A stretch of DNA of 58,303 nucleotides, the filler included, from Platydemus manokwari (taxonomy: Eukaryota), in assembly GCA_037951405.1 (NCBI GenBank). It is 6 parts of 6 records of this genome, joined end to end, with 100 filler letters (N's around TTAATTAATTAA, not from the genome) between each part and the next. Parts side by side here need not be neighbours in the genome. Positions count along the whole stretch, not along the records: positions 48,024 to 58,303 come from JBBMOY011149438.1; 5 more parts are not named here. The stretch is one strand, 5' to 3'. The notes beneath the pieces are model-generated. The model saw only the letters and a program-made list of their open reading frames with translations. It searched no databases and was not told where the DNA came from. Below, one piece after another: positions 52,558-58,303 of this stretch (position 1 is its first letter; each line of letters starts with the position of its first letter). The translations under genes were made by a program, and so were the position numbers.

Positions 52558-55500
52558 ATGCAAAATATTTTCAAAGTCATAAAAAGTTCCAATTTAAATT
52601 TTTTCAGAACCTATACAGTTCAAAATCATTATGACATTTGTATTGTCGGTGGTGGTCCAATTGGTTTTGGGTTAGCATCATTGATAGGTTAGAAAGTGTT
52701 TGCAAATATTAATAAAACTTCTATTATCACCCATTTTTACAATGTAATTTACGTAGGGCTTGATTCAAACTTAAAATCTAAAAAGACACTGATATTAGAA
52801 ACTCAAAAAGAAAAAAAATTTGTTAGAAAATCCGAATTTTCCAACCGCACGGTTGCATTAAGTCCTAATTCCAAAAAAATTCTCGAAAGTTAATAATGAA
52901 ATATCGGTTTTACAATATATGATTAAATTCTGTTATTAGAATGTGGAGCATGGGATATAATTTCTAAAGATAGATATCATCCTGTCAAGAAGATGTTTGT
53001 AAGATTTTTTAATTTTGGAAGTTGCCATCTTTAATTAATTTAATAATAAACATTAGTTTTTTATAAAATATTTCTATTATATTTTCTTAATAACCTTAAC
53101 GATGTTTTTATTAAAATTCTTTTGAAATCTTAAAAAGTTATTGTAAAAGTCAATTATTTCAGGTTTGGGAACAATCTTCGGATTCATTTATTGCATTTCA
53201 AAACGACGATGTAAGCTCGGAACTGGCATATATAGTGAAGACCGATTTGTTACAACATGCTATTACATCGACATTACATAATCGGGATAATATTGAAGTG
53301 AAATATCATTCAAACGTGATCGATGTTGAAATGAAAACCAATGAAGCGAAAATTATTGTTTCCGATGGATCGGAAATGTTTTCGTCTCTCATAGTAAGTG
53401 ATAGGTGGTGATAGAAATCAGATCAAAATATTGTCCAATCAGATCGGTGCAGATGGTTACCAATCACAGATCAAGAAATTATCTCACATTGAATCGATTG
53501 TGAGAGATAATAAACAGAAAGCTATCGTTGGTGTGGTCAAATTTAGTGATGAGGTGTGGCCGATGATATATTTATTAGCTGAAAGGATTAGATTAGTTCT
53601 TGTAGATTGATAATTCCGGATTGGCTTGGCAACGGTTTACACGGGATGGACCGATAGCATATCTGCCGGTGAGTCAATTTCACGCATCAGTGGTTTCTTT
53701 TAAAATAATTATTGGGACGCTTTGATTAATATTTGGTGTTAATCTCGGAATTCAGGGACATTTTAAGATCACAGTAGTTGTGATGGTAACTGTTTTGCAC
53801 GAAATGTACCAATCAAATTCTTATTGGTCACTGATTTCACGCATCACTGATTTTGCAGGGTAGGGTTAGTTTTTCGAAGCTGTTTTTCAAGTGAATAGGT
53901 CTCTAATGAGATAATATGGATTGTTTGAGTTGCTACGGGAACGGCTTCATTATTCGAAGCCAATCAAATAGTGTCTAGCTAAGCCGAATCTATGATATTT
54001 TAATTATAATTTATTAGTGAAAATTATTTAATATCAACATCTGTTTATCACCATAGCAATGCAATTTATGAATGATTTAATTTAATCACTATCAGCTTGA
54101 CCATCACCATGGTAACTTAATCTGGAGCACTTCTGGTAAGAAGGCTGAAAAGTTGATGGGCATGAGAGAAGATGAATTTATTGCAGAATTGAATGACGAA
54201 ATGGTAATCGATAACGTGCTGGTACCTGTATATTTATGCTCGACAATTTACAGTTCACTGATCAATATCGACACGCATCACTGGACAGAGTCAATGGATT
54301 CATTAATTCGTTCATGGAAAGACTGCCATCGTATTTAATGGATAACAATGATTATTGGAAGCAGAAACAGCTTCCACCAAAAGTTATCGACATTGTTCCC
54401 CACTCGAGAGCCACTTTCCCGCTTGGATTTATGCACGCCACCAACTATGTTGCTCGCAACGTTGCTCTTGTCGGTGATGCTGCACACAGGATTTTGCCGT
54501 TGGCCGGCCAGGGAGTCAATTTGGGATTTGGCGATATCGATTGTCTCGTGAAATGTCTGTCTGAAGGTGTGGTTATCGGGGAGGCGATCAGTGAGATGTT
54601 TTATATTTATCGCTGATTATCCGATAACGGGCTGCTGGTATCGATTTGTATGATTGGGTCTCGATAACACATTACACACAGATATTTATTGATTCTGTCA
54701 GCTGGTATTATTTTATAAAATATCGAATTGATAACAAATCGCTCAGAACTTCAACCCACCAAAAAACCTTTTAATCAAAACGTTCAAATCAATTAAATCA
54801 ATAATTTATATATTTTAATATCGATATATTTTCTATTTTAAATGATCATTTTATTATCAATTGATTTTGAAATCTGCTGTTGCTATGGTAACCGTGGTGA
54901 TTTTGTTATTTGGGGGATTGTGGGTTTCTGAACGCCGCAAAATCACCGCACGTCATTGACACAGATATCTGTCATTTAAGCCACAATAATTATAGGATAG
55001 CATAAGCTTTATTGATTTTCTTTCTCAAATCGAATTGAGCCAATTCGCATTCCACAATAGTTGATAATATCGCCTCCATAAAGCTGTTTATCGACCATCT
55101 GAACCATCTGTGACTAAGTGCGGGTATTTGTAATGATTGGCTGAGAGCCCCACAGATCTGTCATTGATCTACTCCAGGGGTGGCCAACCTGTCGATCTTG
55201 AAGCCAATTTTAATCGGTCGCGTGAGATGTTATTCAAATGAAAAGTCGATCATACGTACACCAAAGTTGGCCACCCCTGCTCTAGTCTACTTCATATTTT
55301 TGATTCAAATATTATTATCGATAATAATTATTGATTTTTACCAGACAATCATCATCGATTGCAGCAATATGAGACTGAGAGACAACGCTATGCTTTTCCA
55401 GTAGCAGCAACTGTGCAGAGCCTCAATGAGCTCTATCTGGCAACATTTATGCCGTTTGTTGTTGCCAGAGCCTTCGGGCTGAAAATGGTCAACTCGGTTA

Positions 55501-55613
55501 AACCGGTGAAAGTCGGTTTTATGGCACATAAAATGTCAAATATTTGAAATGATCTTTTGTATTGATTTCAGGATTTCTTTCTCCGCGGTGCTACTGATGG
55601 TAGATTTTATTGA
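52558..55613 (+). CDS. COQ6: Ubiquinone biosynthesis monooxygenase COQ6, 10 coding exons
   Basis: Exons 52558-52687, 52757-52888, 52940-52998, 53163-53393, 53443-53553, 53606-53668, 54096-54203, 54254-54590, 55345-55511, 55572-55613. Presequence-like N-terminus, FAD motif YDICIVGGGPIG, SNRTVALSP, IGADG, AWQRFTRDGPIAYLP, FPLG, VALVGDAAHRILPLAGQGVNLGFGD and YETERQR. Confidence 0.95.
55175..55279. mobile_element. 105-bp hAT (Charlie-like) MITE in COQ6 intron 8
   Basis: Perfect 14-bp TIR CAGGGGTGGCCAAC / GTTGGCCACCCCTG. The 8-bp flanks ATCTACTC and CTCTAGTC are 6/8 identical and share the NTCTANNN pattern typical of Charlie TSDs. Confidence 0.85.
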
Positions 55614-56198
55614 TTGATTGGCTGACACACCCTCCCCGTTATATGAGTGGAGTGATTCATCCGTCACACCATCTTCCATATCGATTATCCATCCAATCAG
55701 TTGATAAAACAAATGAAAATTGAAAATATTTTGTTCAAAATAAAATGCTTAATTTCAACGCATTTGATTGGCTGTGAGTATTTGTGGTGATGTCGTGGAT
55801 AACACTGATAAATGTGCTAATATGGCTTGATAAATGAATTGATTGATGTTAAATATTGATATCTACACAATAATTATAGATTTTCCCATCAGATATCACC
55901 CATTATTTTATTATTATATTTAATTTGTCTTTAAATCTCTTGTTAATTCAAGACTCTTCTGGTTACATTTGATGCATGGAGGTGTTATGTTTAATGTTAG
56001 ATTATTATTATTATTATTATTATCATTATTATTATTATCAAAATGCACTGCCGATCAAAGGCTAGAACAAAATATAATTAATTTTATCACAAGAATCAAT
56101 ATCAATCGATTAGACGATAAAAACTAGATTTCAGATCACAATGATAGAATTAAAATGGATCACAAGATTATTGACCAAAATGTTTGGGAATTCTTGAC

Positions 56199-56691
56199 AT
56201 AAAGGATATTTAATGCGTGTTAATTGATATGTTGTGTATTGATTTTGATTTGTTATAACTATCAAATATTATTCAAAAAATATTTATTGGAAATTTCTCT
56301 AATTTCTTCGATATCATTTACCAATAGGAACGTTAATTCCTTATGTGGATATGCATGACTTGTCAATAGCCATTCAATCAGGAGTAGTTGGTTCGAAAGT
56401 CTTTGATTAGGTACTAGCGTACGTATTTACTATGTAGCAGCTTATTTCAGGGTTTATAAGAAAGCCTTTTTTTGGATTTTTTTTATCATAAAACCAACAA
56501 TTATACATATATGGCTACTGGGCTACTGACAAGTCAAGCATATCCATATAAGGAATTAACGTTTCTATTGGTGAATGATATCGAAGAAATTAGAGAAATT
56601 CCCCATAAAATTTTTGAATAATATTTGATAGTTATAACAAATCAAAATCAATACACAACAAATCAATTACCACGCATAAAATAGTCTTTAT
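56199..56691. mobile_element. Foldback-type MITE with about 170-bp inverted arms
   Basis: Arms 56199-56371 and 56521-56691 are highly similar reverse complements (for example TGTGTATTGATTTTGATTTGTTATAACTATCAAATATTATTCAAAAA and its exact complement), around a 149-bp spacer. Confidence 0.85.
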
Positions 56692-57139
56692 ATATATACT
56701 TTATATATACTTTAAAACAAGAAATACTATATTAAATTTTAGTTAACCGAACATTAAATTTTATTCTTTGTGATGAAAAAATCTGTAGATCTATCTTTAT
56801 TTGTGGGTAGTTTGCCCTAGTTCGGTGTGTAGGACTTCAAAAGATTGATGAAGACATAGTGTTGGTAAAATTATGTCCAACGTTAAAGTTACATTTTAAC
56901 TGATAAGGAAAAATTGATAGACATTAATGATGATTTCTGAGCGTTATAATGGTTTTATAAAAGTGGAATAGATGGAATAACGTTAATGATGAATAATGTT
57001 TCTAAGAGATTGAAGGGGTAACAAATTGAACAAAATGGAACAATAGGTGATTGTTATATTAGTCAGATCAAACATGACCAAGAAATATGAAACATCTCCA
57101 CTTATTGCTAGAAATCAATTTAATCGCATTCATATTAGT

Positions 57140-57861
57140 TCCTTTCAACACAACGTAAGCTTATCCCAAAGTTTTTCCAATAATTGAAATGGTTCTTCAA
57201 TTCATTTATCGTTTGGTTGTGAAGCGATATGAATTGAATTTATTCGAAAAACTAATCTGAGATGTCATATCATGTCTGAAATGAATAACTTACCAAAAGA
57301 ACATAGATAGCCCTTTGGACAGACAGAAGAAATTCATAATGTAGAACACAGCGATTTTTGAAGAAAGCCGTTAACACGACTATGATTTTAGGCCGGGTTT
57401 ACTGTGACTTTTTCGGTTTATGCTCAACTTTGATACTATATTCTCTAGATTGATCGATTGTTTCCGTGTTCTAGGTGCAGATCCAAGTTACATCTCCCGT
57501 AATGATAGGTAGTGAAACATTATTGTTTTGTGGACATCAGCATTACCAAACGAGATTTAAGACACAGAAAATCTAATAAAATGGTCTGGAATGATAAAAC
57601 TGAAATGTTTTCAGTATCAGAAAGATCTCTTATTGTCAATCTACGATTTTCGAGCATCAAAAGTTACATTTTCTGTGTGTGCTGTGACTTTGGTGTTTGT
57701 GGTTTTCTCGAATGTTGTTAGTCTTCAACATCTTCTCGACCTTCTTTGAACATTTTATGCAAATCATTTGCTTTGTTTTTCAACTTTTCCTGAACATCAT
57801 TAGCAATTCTGAAACAGACACTTCATTTGGTAAACAAAATTGAAAAGGTTCTATGATCAAC
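57140..57861 (-). pseudogene. Mariner transposase pseudogene
   Basis: Minus-strand translation gives KMFKEGREDVED, ENRRLTIRDLS..ENIS..S.QTIL, IITGDVTWI (first catalytic Asp, IITGDETW) and PKK...RPKIIVVLTAFFKNRCVLHYEFL, with stops and deletions. Confidence 0.85.
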
Positions 57862-58226
57862 AAAATATAATATGGTAAACATCGAAACCATAACTTTGTT
57901 TTGATAATGACAAGCTTATACTTTTAGTTAATAATTGTTTTGAGATGAAATATGACCATGGTGCTGTAGACAGTAGAGAGAACATTCGAAATAATTTGTA
58001 CAAATCAATAAACCCACGAATATTTTAAAATTGAAAATTCGGGGTTTAACCATCCATATTTAATCACAGTAAAACAAAACAATTGTGATCCATTTTAATT
58101 ATTACAAAGATGGCTTGATATTCTATAGAGAGCATCCAGAAATAAATCAAAATTTATTGTTTTGTTTAAATTAAATAAAAAAGACAAACATTAAATTTAT
58201 TATTGAAATTTATTGGTTAATACATG

Positions 58227-58303
58227 TGTTGGGGTTCTGGCCCAACTAGTTGATTAAAACAATTGATTTACATTGAAAAATGTGTGCATGACAGTACGTA
58301 TCA
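58227..58303 (+). mobile_element. Probable LTR 5' end (TGTTGGGG family), cut by window end
   Basis: Near-identical to 28206-28281. Confidence 0.6.

Noticed and set aside
53676-53870. Repeated ATTTCACGCATCA and a telomere-like AGGGTAGGGTTAG in COQ6 intron 6
   Set aside because: Probably a small repeat element, but its boundaries are undefined and it is too short to call telomeric or an RNA gene.
1-58303. Prokaryotic-type systems (CRISPR, retron, defence operon), rRNA or tRNA genes, alternative genetic code
   Set aside because: No repeat-spacer arrays or RNA gene signatures were seen. The RT is a eukaryotic retrotransposon relic, and all six genes translate cleanly with the standard code once spliced.

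Overview
This is very AT-rich eukaryotic genomic DNA, most likely from a non-chordate invertebrate animal. That is an inference from the metazoan-type genes, the presence of GPCAT, introns as short as 41-50 nt and a heavy load of decayed transposons; it is compatible with, but does not prove, a flatworm. The window is not contiguous: five artificial 100-nt linkers (N44-TTAATTAATTAA-N44) join six contigs of about 9-10 kb, so gene order across linkers is not evidence of real linkage. By manual splicing I reconstructed six intron-containing genes: condensin I subunit NCAPG (complete), an SLC5/SSS sodium:solute symporter (5' part), NOP10 (complete, missed by the ORF track), a GPC1/GPCAT-type glycerophosphocholine acyltransferase (complete), VPS51 (5' part) and COQ6 (complete). 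The remainder is mostly transposon debris: an RLE-type non-LTR RT, Ty3/gypsy gag, RT, integrase and LTR pieces, a mariner pseudogene, a piggyBac fragment and at least three MITE families. I did not find a convincing new multi-gene biological system. The most notable items are the animal GPCAT, a divergent NOP10, a GC-AG intron and a candidate 33-nt cassette micro-exon in NCAPG, an inverted pair of 604-bp MITEs, a long foldback element and an unidentified Cys/His-containing coding-like region at 21-22.6 kb. All protein identities come from recalled motifs; no database searches were run.
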